DNA from: Spironucleus salmonicida
Lineage: Eukaryota
Direction of reading: 5' to 3'
Assembly: GCF_000497125.1 (NCBI RefSeq)
Contig: NC_090597.1
Span: forward strand, 62,001-126,000
Length of the DNA: 64,000 bases
The position numbers and the translations under genes were made by a program. Positions within the stretch are counted from its first letter, which is position 1. Each line of letters opens with the position of its first letter. Under the pieces are notes generated by a model. It saw only the letters and a program-made list of their open reading frames with translations, ran no database searches and was not told the DNA's origin. Positions 41,691 through 55,955 of this stretch are shown here, one piece after another.

Positions 41691-44099
41691 ATGTTTTTAT
41701 ATAAGAATAAAAATATTTACTTAACATAATTCTTACGAGATGATAAATTATTATTTACTAAGATTTTATTTTGTAAATTATTAATTTCACAAAATACTTT
41801 CTTATTTGTAGTGAAAATTTAATATATAATAATTTAAATTAATTATATAATGATTAATATTATTATATGTCCCATGAGCTCATAAAATAATTAACATAAT
41901 AAATTTTATTTAAAATAAAGTTTCTTCTATAGTGTTATAAAATATAGCATAACTCTTAATAAATATTGTATATAATCCAAATAATTTATATTAAACTTAA
42001 GTTATTTATATTTTCGAAATTGTATTACCAAGTACATATGGTATACTCTTATTAAATTAGATATGTTTATTCATCGCAGCGCTGAACACAATAAAATGTT
42101 AAAGAATTCTTAGTTTTATATGCACATTTTTGTTTTCTAAATAATTTCACATTTAAGATCAATTTATAATGATAACTACGACAAATTTGAGTATCAATAC
42201 ATTAAAATATTAATAATTTATATATAATTTTATAAATTATTAAACTAGTAATGGATAATTGATATTCTGTTAATCCGCTTCTATAATTAGCATCGATTCA
42301 CTAACTATTATTATGTTATGCGAAATATCATAACTCGATATTTTGAAAATTTTCAATTATATTATTATAAAATTTCAATAAACTTTGATTTAATTGCTTG
42401 TAAAGTAAAAATTATAAGATTAACTGCATAAAAACTGTATATTTTTATATGATTAATATTAAGTTTTAGTTTACGAATGGTATTACATAGCCATTAAAGG
42501 AAATTGTAATTAAAATAGGCTAGAAGTAAATAATATTAATTGAATATAAAATGATACTTATAGATTTACTAGTAAGATGGTTATCAAAAGTAGTAGCTTC
42601 ATTTATATTTATTTCTAAATCAATATACATATATATAATATTTCATTTAAAGTAATGCGATTTTAGTAATATAATTATTATATTTATTACTGGTTGTAAT
42701 TTAAATTTAATGTATTATTTATTTAAATTCTGATTATAAATATTCTTAGAGGAATACTTCTGGAAATATTTATAATCTAAGAATACCATACAACTGATAA
42801 TTAATAAACTAAATTAAAGCTATTTCTTACAATTGCATTCACATTTTTATACCAGTTAAATAAGTTTGATAATATTAGTTTTTAATAACAATTTTTCTTA
42901 ATGATTAATATTTTTATTATCAAATTCATGTTTAAGTATTATATAAGAAATATATACTCCATAGTTAATTGGAAAAATTATTATAAAATTAATGATATTC
43001 TTAGAATTTATGTTTAATGATAAAGAATCACATAATTAGGAATAATTTATTATTAACATATTTTTTGAAAATAAGCATTCATATAATTATTTAATATATA
43101 ATTAAGATTATAAATAAGTTTATTGCAAAAATATTATACTTAAAACAAATTAAAGGATAAAATGTTCTAAAATATTATGATTAATTAGTTTGCATTGCCT
43201 AAAGATAAATTTTTAACGACAAATCCCATAACTATATCAAGTAACTGTACTTATTCGCTGTTAATAATAATTTATTATTTCAAGAATTGATAGGATATAT
43301 CTGAATATTTATTAAACTTTAAATTCACTGCATCAAAGTTTTAAAGCAGTATTTTTCAATATTTTAATAGCGATCACAAGAATATATGGAGAAAGGAAAT
43401 ATAATTATAAATTTGGAAATAGTTTTAACTGTCTTAAGTGTAATATTGTTATAACTATACTAGAATTTTTGTACTTAATAAATATTTCAAATAAGTAAAC
43501 AAAAATTAATCAAAATCTACTATCAACCTAGATTAATCTGATAAAATATTATATCTCAAAAATAAGCGTGTACCAACCCATCCTTAATTATAATAAACCA
43601 AGTTTAACTACCTTTCATTATAAATATCGTTTCATATATAAACTTTACCAATAAGTATTCTATCCTTAAAAAATTACCAGCTAGGCCTTCATTTACTAAT
43701 ATTTTTATATAAACCTAAGCAATAACTAAATTTTAACCATAAATTACTAAATTTGCTAAAGTCGTCATTTACCAAATTATTCTTTTTACCTATTACTTAC
43801 AAAAATTTATTATTATAAACATATAATATTAAGTATATTTTTGCTACTCGAAAAATTATTTGCTGAATTACGCAGCATTAGTCGAATACTATTGAAGAAA
43901 ATACTATATTACCTTATGATATGTGTAATAAAGCTAATCTATATAACACCAAAAATAAGGAATTTCCTGCAAGTAGCCGTACCAAGTCTCCGAACTACCT
44001 CTAAATTTTCACAGAATACACTGTGCAGGACACTTACGGAAACCTCCAGAGTAGGCTCTCCTGAGACTTATACAATGATAGAACCGACTTTCCAGGCCC

Positions 44100-45316
44100 A
44101 TCGTAGTTTGCGCACCGTACGCGCATACTAATTACACTTTCTGCAAGGGAATTTGATGCAGTTCGTGCCTTGTTGGCTACCATCCCAAGGGCGGAAAACC
44201 ATTCAAGAAGATTATCTATTAAGAGTTTCACAACGACCAGCTCTGCGATTGACCGAAATTGCCTCGGGGATGACCTGAAACTACAAGAACTTCATGATTC
44301 AGAAATGCAGGATCTGTGGCAAAAAGGCTCTAGTAAGCTGCATAGATTGCACGAGAATTCCTGAAGGAAAATTCTGTAACTGCTATCACTCGCGAACTTA
44401 GAATTGCCTAGCCTGTAACTAAATAACTGGCAACTGTTCTAATTGCCTGTAGGGGTATTTTCCAGCCAAAAATGGGGAGAAGTGCATCCGTAACGGAACC
44501 TGCCTGGTAACACAGGACTGCGGTCTGAACCAGTTCTGCTAGGGCTCCAAGTGCGTTAAAGGGGATCTGGCGCACCCGGTCTCCTGCGGCGAGCTGCTGA
44601 ACTGCACGTCCTGCGTTTCGCCGTTCTTCTGCCTGAGGTGCAGCGGCGACTACCACCTCGGGGAGGACCTGAAGTGCCTCACGCCTCGCTGTGAGACGCT
44701 TGGGCTGAACCAGTACTGCAAAGACGTCAACGTCCCCGCAGCGTGCCCTGGCCCGTTCGCGTGCAGGTGCCCGAACCAGAGAGACCACTGCGCGACCTGC
44801 GATTCCGACGGCTGTGCGACCTGTCTGGCTGGGTTCGCACTGAGCAAGCACGGCTGTACGCGGAACGTGTGCACGTCCTCGGCTGACTGCCTCTTCGGCA
44901 GCTTCTGCGCCGAGAAGGGCTGTCAGGGCTGCGAGAGCATCGGTAGCGGCGGGTACTGCAACTGCGGTGCGCTGGTGCAGAACTGCGCGCTCTGCAGCGA
45001 CGGCGTATGCCTGAAGTGCTAGCACGGCTCGTAGCTGACCCAGGGCTACTGCGTGATCACGGACTCATCCGACGGCGCGGTGGACGTGAAGCTGATGATA
45101 GAGATTTCGGTTGCTATCATTATCGTCGTGATCGGCGTCACTCTCATCATCCTGTTCGTGATATTTAAGAAGTACTCGCCTAAGCAAAATGGGTTCGAAA
45201 AGATGGAATCCAAACTTAGCGTATCTGATAATATGATGTGCAATTAATACAAGCGAACTTTAGATTTAAGCTTGAGTAGTAAAGAAGATAATTATAGCTC
45301 TCTAGTAATATAGTGC
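44100..45316 (+). pseudogene. Chimeric CRMP family X copy 4 (decayed 5' part, fresh internal tract, lost stop)
   Basis: 44322..45201 mirrors 46477..47356 (sum 91678). Upstream is a degenerate CxxC remnant with TGA; downstream a diverged tail has TAG TGC (45311-16) where paralogs have TAG TGA. Left limit approximate. Confidence 0.75.
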
Positions 45317-46361
45317 TAGGTGGGTTGTTTGTAAGTTTTATTTATCTAATGGCGAAAATTATATTTCATAAAGACAATAAATTATTATAATTATTAACAA
45401 TCACTTCTTAAATCTATAGATTGCAACTGGATACAAAGTAATTAAATATAACTTTATAGAATTGAATTAAAATATCATAAAATTATGAATTACAATGATT
45501 ATAGATTTCAATCATTGCAACATAAATCCTAGTTACGTGGAAGAAACTTTCACAAAAAATAAAAGTATTTTAAAATTAGCTGACAGACTCAAATAAATAT
45601 CACATTATAATTAAACACAATGAATTGGTTACCAAAATATGAATCAGCAAAAATCTATTTCATAATTCCATTTCAATATTTAAACGAAGAATTATTAAGC
45701 AACTCATATATACTATAATATTATTATATATAATTTACTATATTATAACTAATTATATGAATAAATCTAATGAAATTAGCGCTTAGCCTAGATTGTGATG
45801 ACTGTATTATTAAAAAAATATTATTTATGGAATAAAGTTTCATGCATGCTTCAATAATTTTATTTTATTTATTATATCAATTTATTTAATTGAATTAATA
45901 CTAATTTTGAACTGATAAAAATAAAAACGAATAATTTGGTTCTTTAGCAGTCATAATTACTCAAGCTGTTAAAATTCAATCTAAGAATCGTTATTTATTA
46001 ATGTATTACACATTAATAGAAAATATATTTAATATTTTATGCAACTAAATCTGGATAACATAGGAATAATATGTTGTGAAATTTGTAAATTAATAAATGG
46101 TAAATTATATATTTTATATATTATTATATAATATTTTATATTAATTGAGGAAAATTTACGAAACTAATAACATTTTTTTTCTGATACATTAACAAATCAT
46201 ACACACAGCTTATGAATAAAGTCTTTATAAACTATTGTATATAATTTAACTATAATTTAATATTTAGACGCACTTAGACATTAAAATATGTATGTATAAT
46301 AGTGAGGTTAGGTGTTAAACTCAGTTAGTAAATTATATAATAAATATTAATTATAAGTTTA

Positions 46362-47654
46362 TCATTATTCAACGAGAGTGCTAGAACCTTCATCATTATG
46401 GGACAAACTAAATTCTAATGACTTATTCTGCGAATTATCCATTAGTCTCGGTGTTATTTTGTCTTATGTACCAATTTTTTCGAACCCATTTTGCTTAGGC
46501 GAGTACTTCTTAAATATCACGAACAGGATGATGAGAGTGACGCCGATCACGACGATAATGATAGCAACCGAAATCTCTATCATCAGCTTCACGTCCACCG
46601 CGCCGTCGGATGAGTCCGTGATCACGCAGTAGCCCTGGGTCAGCTACGAGCCGTGCTAGCACTTCAGGCATACGCCGTCGCTGCAGAGCGCGCAGTTCTG
46701 CACCAGCGCACCGCAGTTGCAGTACCCGCCGCTACCGATGCTCTCGCAGCCCTGACAGCCCTTCTCGGCGCAGAAGCTGCCGAAGAGGCAGTCAGCCGAG
46801 GACGTGCACACGTTCCGCGTACAGCCGTGCTTGCTCAGTGCGAACCCAGCCAGACAGGTCGCACAGCCGTCGGAATCGCAGGTCGCGCAGTGGTCTCTCT
46901 GGTTCGGGCACCTGCACGCGAACGGGCCAGGGCACGCTGCGGGGACGTTGACGTCTTTGCAGTACTGGTTCAGCCCAAGCGTCTCACAGCGAGGCGTGAG
47001 GCACTTCAGGTCCTCCCCGAGGTGGTAGTCGCCGCTGCACCTCAGGCAGAAGAACGGCGAAACGCAGGACGTGCAGTTCAGCAGCTCGCCGCAGGAGACC
47101 GGGTGCGCCAGATCCCCTTTAACGCACTTGGAGCCCTAGCAGAACTGGTTCAGACCGCAGTCCTGTGTTACCAGGCAGGTTCCGTTACGGATGCACTTCT
47201 CCCCATTTTTGGCTGGAAAATACCCCTACAGGCAATTAGAACAGTTGCCAGTTATTTAGTTACAGGCTAGGCAATTCTAAGTTCGCGAGTGATAGCAGTT
47301 ACAGAATTTTCCTTCAGGAATTCTCGTGCAATCTATGCAGCTTACTAGAGCCTTTTCGTCGCAGAAAAAACCATAAGAGCAGTCGTTACATGTCATCTTG
47401 TTGCAGTTTATATGGCCTTGTAGTTTATACCCAGTCTTGCACTGCAGACACCACATTCCTTCACAATTAAGGCAGTTGGGATTCGAGCACGCAGTACAAG
47501 TTGACGAACTGCCTTGACAGCCGGTGCCTTCTGGACAGGCACTACATGGTGAAAGGCAGTAATTGTCCACCAACTTAAAGTCCGTAGTGCACGCCTGACA
47601 TACGTAAGGGTTATTTGGGCACTCGATGCATCCTACTACATGGCAGCCTGTCAT
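46362..47654 (-). CDS. Cysteine-rich membrane protein (430 aa), family X copy 3
   Basis: Mirror of 8830..10122 with a few substitutions (EGTG vs EGTS, CTRIP vs CTKIP, HSRT vs HSRI); ends GAA TAA TGA. Confidence 0.9.
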
Positions 47655-48473
47655 CTTAACTATAAAACTATATTTAAGAGAATATTATTATAATTATATA
47701 ATGTAAGATTTTCAATCGTTATTAATAATTTAATGGGTTATAGTGAAATCTAAGAAATAGAATATGTAAATATCGCAATAATAGTTAAAATTAAATATTA
47801 TATATTAAAATAATAATTTAAATTAAGTCTGCTCAGTTAGTAAAATTTAAACTAAAAATTAAGGTAGGTATTATAATTAGAAGATTGAGTGATATATAAT
47901 TTTTTATTTTCGTATACTAAGGTGATACTAAATTAAAAAGGTATATTTAATATTGTTATATAATAAATTATATAATAACTAAGATGATATTTGAATTATA
48001 AAGGTATATTAAATGCATCATTTATACCTTAATTTAATCCGAATTACACGAAACTTGCTAAATTTACAGTAAGTTTCTATATTTTTTTAAATGTTTGTTT
48101 ATACTCACTATACTGACTTAAATTACTAATGGTTATTTCAAGCTATTGCCAGATTTAAGTACTCTCGTATTAAATCTTTAAGTTAAAATATTTACAAATA
48201 CACTATTATTATATGAAACATAACTTTGGATATTTTTTTAATTCTAAAATAAAATATTTTAGTATATAATGTGAATATTAAAAGAAACTGATAAAGTAAT
48301 TTATCAAGTATTATTTAATATAACCTGTTTTTTACAGCATATATCCAATTTTTAGATTAATATGTTATACGAATATTCTATTATTTACATTCAAATAATT
48401 ATATATTTCATATAATCTAAATTTTTAATTATATAATTAAATACATTTTACTTATCAATATCATTCCAAAAAG

Positions 48474-51400
48474 ATACTCATACTACTCTGGATGTTCTAG
48501 CCAATTACCATTGAGACTGCGATATGCTCTAATGTTTATTGCCAATCATCAAATGATTGTAACGGTTTTCCATGCTATAATTGAGAGTGTATGTGCCAAG
48601 ACAACACTGCTGGCTCCTGCTGCCAGTTCTGCACAGACCCAAGTAACCCCTCCTGCAAGGTACAATGCACTACCGGATTTTGCACAAAAGGTGAGTACTG
48701 TGTTTATCTGTCTGGAAACACAGGCCCTTGGGAGTGTGGTGCCTGTCTGGTTGGCTGGGGATAGCCAGACTGCGCTGACTGCGCTGAAGACTTTTTAAAA
48801 GTCGATGGAAACTGTTACAAACGCTGTTATTCATGTTAAACTGGGAACTGCTACTACGATAAAGATGGTGAGATCAATTGTATTTAATGCCACGATGGTA
48901 CTGTCGGAACTGCGTGCGATTAGTGCTTACCAGGATTTCAACTGTACAACAATCAGTGTTGTGAAATACAAGATCCTGAAGAGCTGCGCGGTCACTGTAT
49001 CGCATACTAAGGTGACATAATCTGTTTGTCCTGCAACGAAGGGTAAACCCTATATAACTAAAGGTGCCTCTACTCGTGCTCCACGGAAAACTGCATTTAC
49101 GGAGTTTGCTAACCTGATACCAACTGCAAATGTGATAGTTTCGCAGAGGGCAATAACTGCGAGATATGCAGCACCGGGGCGGCTGATTTCGAAGGGAAAT
49201 GCACCAAAGTATGCACAGATTGCGATGGAGACTGTTACTCCACAGGGAGCGATGGGATTTCCTGCAAGTCTTGTGCGGGCGATTTAATTGGGCCTACCTG
49301 TTCAGATTGTGCCCCTGGGTTTATGAGTGTTAATGGCGAGTGCTTTTAGTACTGTGAAACGTGCCGAGGAAACCGCTGCTATGTCGGTATTGCGCTAGTT
49401 CTGAACTGCCTAGGGGATTGTTATTTAGGGTATTTTGGACGAGGATGCGACGCTTGCGATGTGGAAGACAGGTTTGAGCTATAATTTGGGGGCTGCTACC
49501 GCAAATGCACAGATTGCACTCAAGGAAACTGCTTTTTGACTGAGAATGGGCCACTGTGCACGAAGTGTGCCCTGGGCCTTATTGGCATATAGTGCGACTC
49601 ATGCGCTGAAGGTTTCGTGTAAGACTAGGCTAAATGCTGGCCAAAGGTGGGGCAAAACGATTGTTATCTAGATGAACTGTAAGCGCTAATCTGCGTTGGC
49701 TGTGCGGCAGACTACCTGCTCATCGGCAGTTCGTGCCTCGAAAAGTGCACGCTGCCAGAGTGCACCGGGCGCTGCTACATGCTACCAAACGACTACAAGT
49801 GCCTCGACTGCTTTCCAAATTTTGTGCTTTACGAAGAAAAGTGCTACGAGCAGGACTCGAACCCCCACGGGGTGTGTTTTACGACAGAAACCGAAAAAAT
49901 CTGCTCCTGCTACGAAGGCTACAAAGGACCAACTTGCGGCGAGTGCACCGAGCTGTAGCTACGAGATTCGTGCTATATTGATGCAAATATTCCCACTGGA
50001 GACTGCTTTCAGAATGCCGCAGACCCCTCCGATCTGTTCTGCAGCGTTTGTGCTGCGAACTTCGCCCTACCGCTCTGCGACAAGTGTGCGGAGGGCTACG
50101 AGACTGATTTTTCAGGAGTCTGTTAAGGCTGCTCGTCTGGGTATTTCAGCTCAAACTTGCTCCCAGACGAACAGAAACTTGAAATTGGAGAGGACCTCTG
50201 CCTCAGGGCATGCGACAGCTGCAGCTACGGCGTCTGCTTCTACTCTGGAAGTAGGATAGTTTGCGCGAGCTGCCAGACCGGCTATAAGCTACAGGATTCG
50301 TGTTAAACGTGCGATACCGGCTTTCTGAGTTTTGGAGTATCTTGTATTTAGCAAGTTAACGAGTCCTGCGGGTCAGATTGGGATGGAAATATTTACTGCT
50401 TCGAGTGTGATAATTTACAGTAATCTTTTAACTGCTAGCAGTGCTCAGTTCAGTTCAATTTCCAGGGTGTTTGCAAACAGCACGCGAGCAATTTCGCCGA
50501 TTCATGCGCGCTTGAGGGTTCCAATATAGTATACGCAGACGGAACTTGCAGGAAGTTTGACAAACTGAAAAATATGTGCGTGGAGTGCGATAGCACGTTG
50601 GTGAACATTAAGGGAAATTGTGGTGTTCTGACGGTTCCATAGAATGGGCAGCTGCGGGGCCGGTGCATTGCGTCAGTATAGCGTTTCTGGTGCGATTAGT
50701 GCGATGAAGGATGGAGTGGAAATGTGTGCTCTGAGTGCGCGAAAGGCTACATGCCGTGCAAATGCACGAGTGGGCTATTTGCGCTCTGCTGCTGCAAAGT
50801 CGAGCTAGGGCTGAATGGCGTGTGCTATAGCAATGAGGCTGGTCGTGCAATTTGCGTTTCTTGCAGCTCTAGGTACCAACTTAGTAATTAAGAATGCGTT
50901 AAAATTGGCCTGACCAAGCAGTACGTGCTTAGTTTTTTTGTTCCTGCCTCACTAGGATTACTAATATTACTTGCTTTAATTTTAATTATATTTTTAATTG
51001 GGAAGGAAAAGCGAAAAGATTTGTAAATTTTTGTCAAAAAGCTGGTTAAGCGCCTCGGAGTTCACCTTATATTCGTCATACTATCATAGATTTTAGCTGT
51101 CATAGTAGCTATATAGGATGTCTATATAGATGATTTTTTCATGCAAACAGCGGTTAGCATATTCTCGATGCTGCCATTTGCCTTGCTATTCGTGTTTTTA
51201 GCACCTCCAGTATACAAGAGGTACTTTTTTAACATGGCGTCTCATTTTTATTTGTTTATTCTGGCAGCTGCTATCTAGGTTTCGTTTAATGCTGTTTAGT
51301 ACCTAGCTGTAACAGATATTGTCTAAGACTTTGGAGAACAGATCTATAAACTAGCAGGTCCCCCAATAACGCTATTATTGTGCATATTTCTCGCAAGATT

Positions 51401-52352
51401 CAGATTCAAACCCCAACAGAAGCTAGCCCTGTTCATAGGCTTAGGGCTTCCGCTAGCAACATAAATATATTATGCGATCTAGGATTCTATGGCAGCTGGG
51501 TACTTTACTGGCTCCTCGGCAGGAAATGCTATCATAGGCCAAGCTATGGTTCTTCTAGCTATAATATTAAGCGGTACGTAATTTTATGTATTTGATTTGA
51601 TTCTCGGACGATATGGCGAGGTTGGCGCTATTTACAGAATTTCGCTTTCGTCTTTCTGCATTAATGCAGTCGTTGGATTGTTATACCCTGGTGAAATATT
51701 AACTGCGATTCTTTAGTATGACATATTTTTCTCCAGCTTGCTCACCTAAATGTTATTTAACGTTGTCAATATTATAGTAATGATGCGAATATCGGCAGTT
51801 GAGTTTTCGATAAACCTAATCTCATCAGCAATTTGGGCACAGTTTATAGCAGCGGTAGGGGATTATTATTATTCATAAAATAATAACTACCTCAGTACGC
51901 CCATTCATGTTATTCTCCAAACTTTTGCTTTAGTTATTGTTTTTGTTAGTTTAACCTACTTTAATATCAGAAGCTCTTACTGGTATCATAGAAAGAATGT
52001 GAGGTAGGCAAAAGAGCTAGAAACTGAAGTCAGTGGAGTTATGCCGTTCATTAAAACCGCAATACTGAAGAAAAAGGCTCGATCATAGACGGAATCTGGC
52101 TAATTTAATGATAACGTGGAAAGCCCCACATCCTAGACGAGACGAAACATAATGAATCTCGATGGAAATTTGCCAAGGAAAGGTACAAGGAAACCATTTA
52201 TTAGCAGCAAAAACAACGTATTAGATAGCAATGAACTTTTTGGAACAAAATAATATAAATCTCAACAAAATTCACAGAATTCGTTTACTGGTATAGATTC
52301 AAAGCTTTAGCTGGCTTCCTTTGAGATACGATCGCCAAATCCTGTGGAGTGA
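48474..52352 (+). pseudogene. Second, recently inactivated copy of the Cys-rich/SLC35F-like fusion gene
   Basis: Start ATG is ATA (48474-76); GGA is TGA in frame at 48582-84; otherwise collinear to TGA 52350-52. Confidence 0.82.
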
Positions 52353-53040
52353 CAAATTCGTATCGTAAATCTCTTCTCCACATAAATGCATTTTCAATAT
52401 AAAGTGTATATTATATAATGATAGTATTAATTTAATTGAATAATATATTAATGATATTAAATTCATTTTGTTATTTTCCTTCTTACTTGTAGTTATGATT
52501 TATGATATTAAATAATTAGTTCTATATAATATTATACTTTATTTATTATTCAGCGTATAAATTATTCAATAGAGTAGAATTCGTACCTACTAAGTTATAA
52601 TTATGATATCATTATTTTATTGCAAATAGAAGTTATTAATTTTTGCTATGCACAGTAGTTTGATATTATATGAAAAGTGTTAAGAAAATAGTAAAATCAA
52701 TATAATATGTCAATATCTGTTTTACATAATTTTAAATAAAATTAGCTGCTATTATAACTATTTGCAGATATCTGAAATCTTTAAATTACTGAGTACCTTT
52801 CAAAAGATTTTCTATTTTTTACATTAAGCTATCTTTATATGTGATATTAAAGTAAGTAATTATTGTCTTATACATTACATTTTATAGTTAGAGGTATTTA
52901 TTATTATAATAATTAAATGACTAGTTTTTAGTTTTTGGGCCAATTTTAATATGTAAGTTATACTTTTAGTTATAATATTTAAAAACAGCAAAATAGTGCT
53001 TTGCTGATTAACTAATATAATATTTATCATAATCTTCAAA

Positions 53041-53664
53041 ATGGCTGAGCATAATAGCAATAAGCAAGTAAATAACGCAGCCCCCGAGTGTACACGACAT
53101 ACCGACTGCTCACACGAGAATAAAGGTTATTGCGATAAAACGACCAAAACGTGTAAACCATGCTAAGCAAACTGCATTGTATGCTAATCCACAGCTTCAT
53201 GCAACTCATGTAATCCTGCTACTCACGTAACAACAATAGCAGGCAAATGCACTCCAAAATGTGATTCACTCAATAATAACTAGTTCTGCGATAATGGAAC
53301 TGCTAAATCATGTACAGATGGTGCTACTTCGCCTTGCCAATGTACAAATAATATAAACTGCGGTACTTGTGAGACCGGAATTATGCCAAAATGCGCTACC
53401 TGTTTAACAGGAATGAAATTGGATGATAACTCGCGTTGTGCGGATTGTATGACCGGATATATAAAAATTGCAGCAAGATGCTGGCCCATTGGAACAGACC
53501 CAAATATCCCAGCTCCACCGGTTGCTCCGGTGGACCCCGAGGCCCCGGCCAGCAACAAGCTAGGTGGCGGGGCAATTACCGGGATTGTGATCGGGGCGGT
53601 TGTCGTCGTGGGCGCCGTTGCAGGAGGCCTTGCTTATTATTTTATCAAGAGGGGTAAAAAGTGA
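53041..53664 (+). CDS. Small cysteine-rich membrane protein (CRMP-1/VSP-like, 207 aa)
   Basis: MAEHNSNKQVNNAAPECTRHTDC...; TM GGGAITGIVIGAVVVVGAVAGGLAYYFI; KRGKK-TGA; paralog of 2783..3442. Confidence 0.9.
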
Positions 53665-53915
53665 TATATATTATATATGAATTTATAATATTTTTTTGAA
53701 TTTCCAATGTAAGAATTCAATTTGAATAATAATATAAAATACTATTTAACGTATATAATAATAGATCTAAGTAAAACCTACAAAAATAAAAATAAAATTA
53801 CCTAATTATAACGCAAAATGAACAAAAGCTTCTATTTCGATAATTTTATTCAGTTGCTACACATTGACTGTTCTTCGCCACAATATCACTCACACCAAAA
53901 CTATTCCAATGTAAT

Positions 53916-55955
53916 TCAGTAATTTTGATCACTTTAATCTCTCATTTACGGGCTACTTGCCCCTATTTTAAGTACCTACCCCTACGTTACTTCACCTGAA
54001 ACCAATCCCTCGATCTTTTTATTATTTCTTTTAACCTTTTTTACAACAAAAATTCCAACTCCAATGCTCAGCATGATAATAACCAAAACAGCCACTACAA
54101 TCCCCACTGTTTTTCCAACACTTTTGTTGTTACACCCAGAAAGCTCCTAATTCTCGCTACAGACCTTGCAGACCCCATTAACCGCCATCGCTCCGTTGAC
54201 GCAAACACTGCACTAATTCGAGTCATACTCCTTGCAGTTATCTACCATATTCCCTTAAAAAGCACACGCCTCTCCAAGTTTTAACTTTGAGCAGCTGATG
54301 CATTTCCCGTCCTGTAAAAACATTCCATCGGCGCACATCTAGCAGGCGTCACCTACGCATTTTATGCAATTTTTGATAGTTTTGGACCCGCACTAGCAGG
54401 ATACATCCATTGGCTGACCAGTTTTGCAGGTTTCACATTTAGTTTAGAACAAAAACTTGCCTAACTCGCACGCTGTGCAAGCTTTAGCATCTGAGCGGCA
54501 TGTAGAGCAGGTTTTATCCCATTTTCTACAAAACCTAGTAGCATCAGGATCCGATGTCGGACAAAACTCGTTAGACTTGCATTCTGCATCATCACGGCAG
54601 GGGTCTTTCTTACAGTCTCCATTAATTGACGAGTAACCCTTTATGCAGGTCCTGCATGTGTTATTGTCGCACTGCGCACAGTTGGTTTTTTTCGTGTTGC
54701 CGCACTGGCAACTTGAGCCAATTGGCATTGATTTGGAGCAGTATTGGCAGGTATTTTATGCTGTAATAAAATATGAATTTTCGCACACCAAACACGAGCC
54801 CCTCATGTTGGCCTAAAGACAGTTTTGAGACAACTGTGAACAATTGTTTTGAGCATTGATGTAAAAACCAGAAGCGCACTTTAAGCATCTACCTGTAGGA
54901 TGGGCCGAAAGACAGTTTTCAGATAATTTTGCGCAACTATTTTTATCCGTTAAATAATTCCCTGAAAAGCACTTAGTGCATTTGTTCGATTATTCGGTAC
55001 ACGTTTCACATGATTTATCACATTTGGTACACTAATTAAAAATGTTAGTATGGGACTGACAGTATTCCCCACTGATGCATTAAGTATCTATCGTACACTC
55101 GTTGTAAAGACATTATCCTTTGACTGTGGCTTAATCGTGGATGCAGCGAAAACAGCCAGTTGTAGAACATCTGCTACAATTAGCAATTAATTTGCCTGCA
55201 CAATGGCATTCGCTACGGCTTGGCATATCATTATTGCAAGGCTTACATGTACCGTCCTCTGCAGTATAATAACCTTCGTTACAGAGAGAACAATAGTCAG
55301 CACGGATACATTTCTGACAATTATCCATGCATCCGTAACATTATCCCGATCTATATTTATTATCATCACAATATTAACCCTCTAAACAATCGTTCTACTT
55401 GGTGCAAGTAGGTTTACATGCCTAATTCACTAGAATGTAATTTTTAGCACAGGTCTAACAATCATTATTATAACACTATGCGCACCCTTCTTGCATTGTA
55501 TAACGACATACACATCGGGAACCTCTTGGCATATCCTTCGAGCAGCTGAGGCATTTATTGTCAGCTGATAAATAGTAACCAGAAGGGCACTAAACACATT
55601 CTGTAGCAGAAATGCAACTCTCGCATGGCGAAATGCATTTTTTACAAGAGCCATTTTCAAGGTAATATCCCCCATCACACAAAGTACATTCAGTGGATGA
55701 ATCACAGTAGTAACAATTGTCGCTACACTTTTCACATTTATCACCATTAATATAATAGTTTTATATGCAATCTTCACACTTATCCCCGTTACATTCCTTG
55801 CAGGAAGGTTGAAGAGTGTTATTGCATTTACACTTTGCATTACTAGGCATAGAGAAGTTGCATTCCAAACAGTATTAGTATCTCCATCCAACATCTACTG
55901 GACAGTAATATCCATTGGAGCACTCATTCTCGTCGGACCAGCATCTACCGCTCAT
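53916..55955 (-). CDS. Cysteine-rich membrane protein (~679 aa), family Y-like
   Basis: MSGRCWSDENECSNGYYCP...; in frame with ORFs 55131..55328 and 54444..54728; TM VGIVVAVLVIIMLSIGVGIFVV-KKVKR; TGA at 53916-53918. Not every internal codon was checked. Confidence 0.82.

Larger units (their letters stand above)
46362..53664. repeat. Inverted duplication A, right arm
   Basis: Reverse complement of ~2783..10122 with scattered substitutions. Confidence 0.9.
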
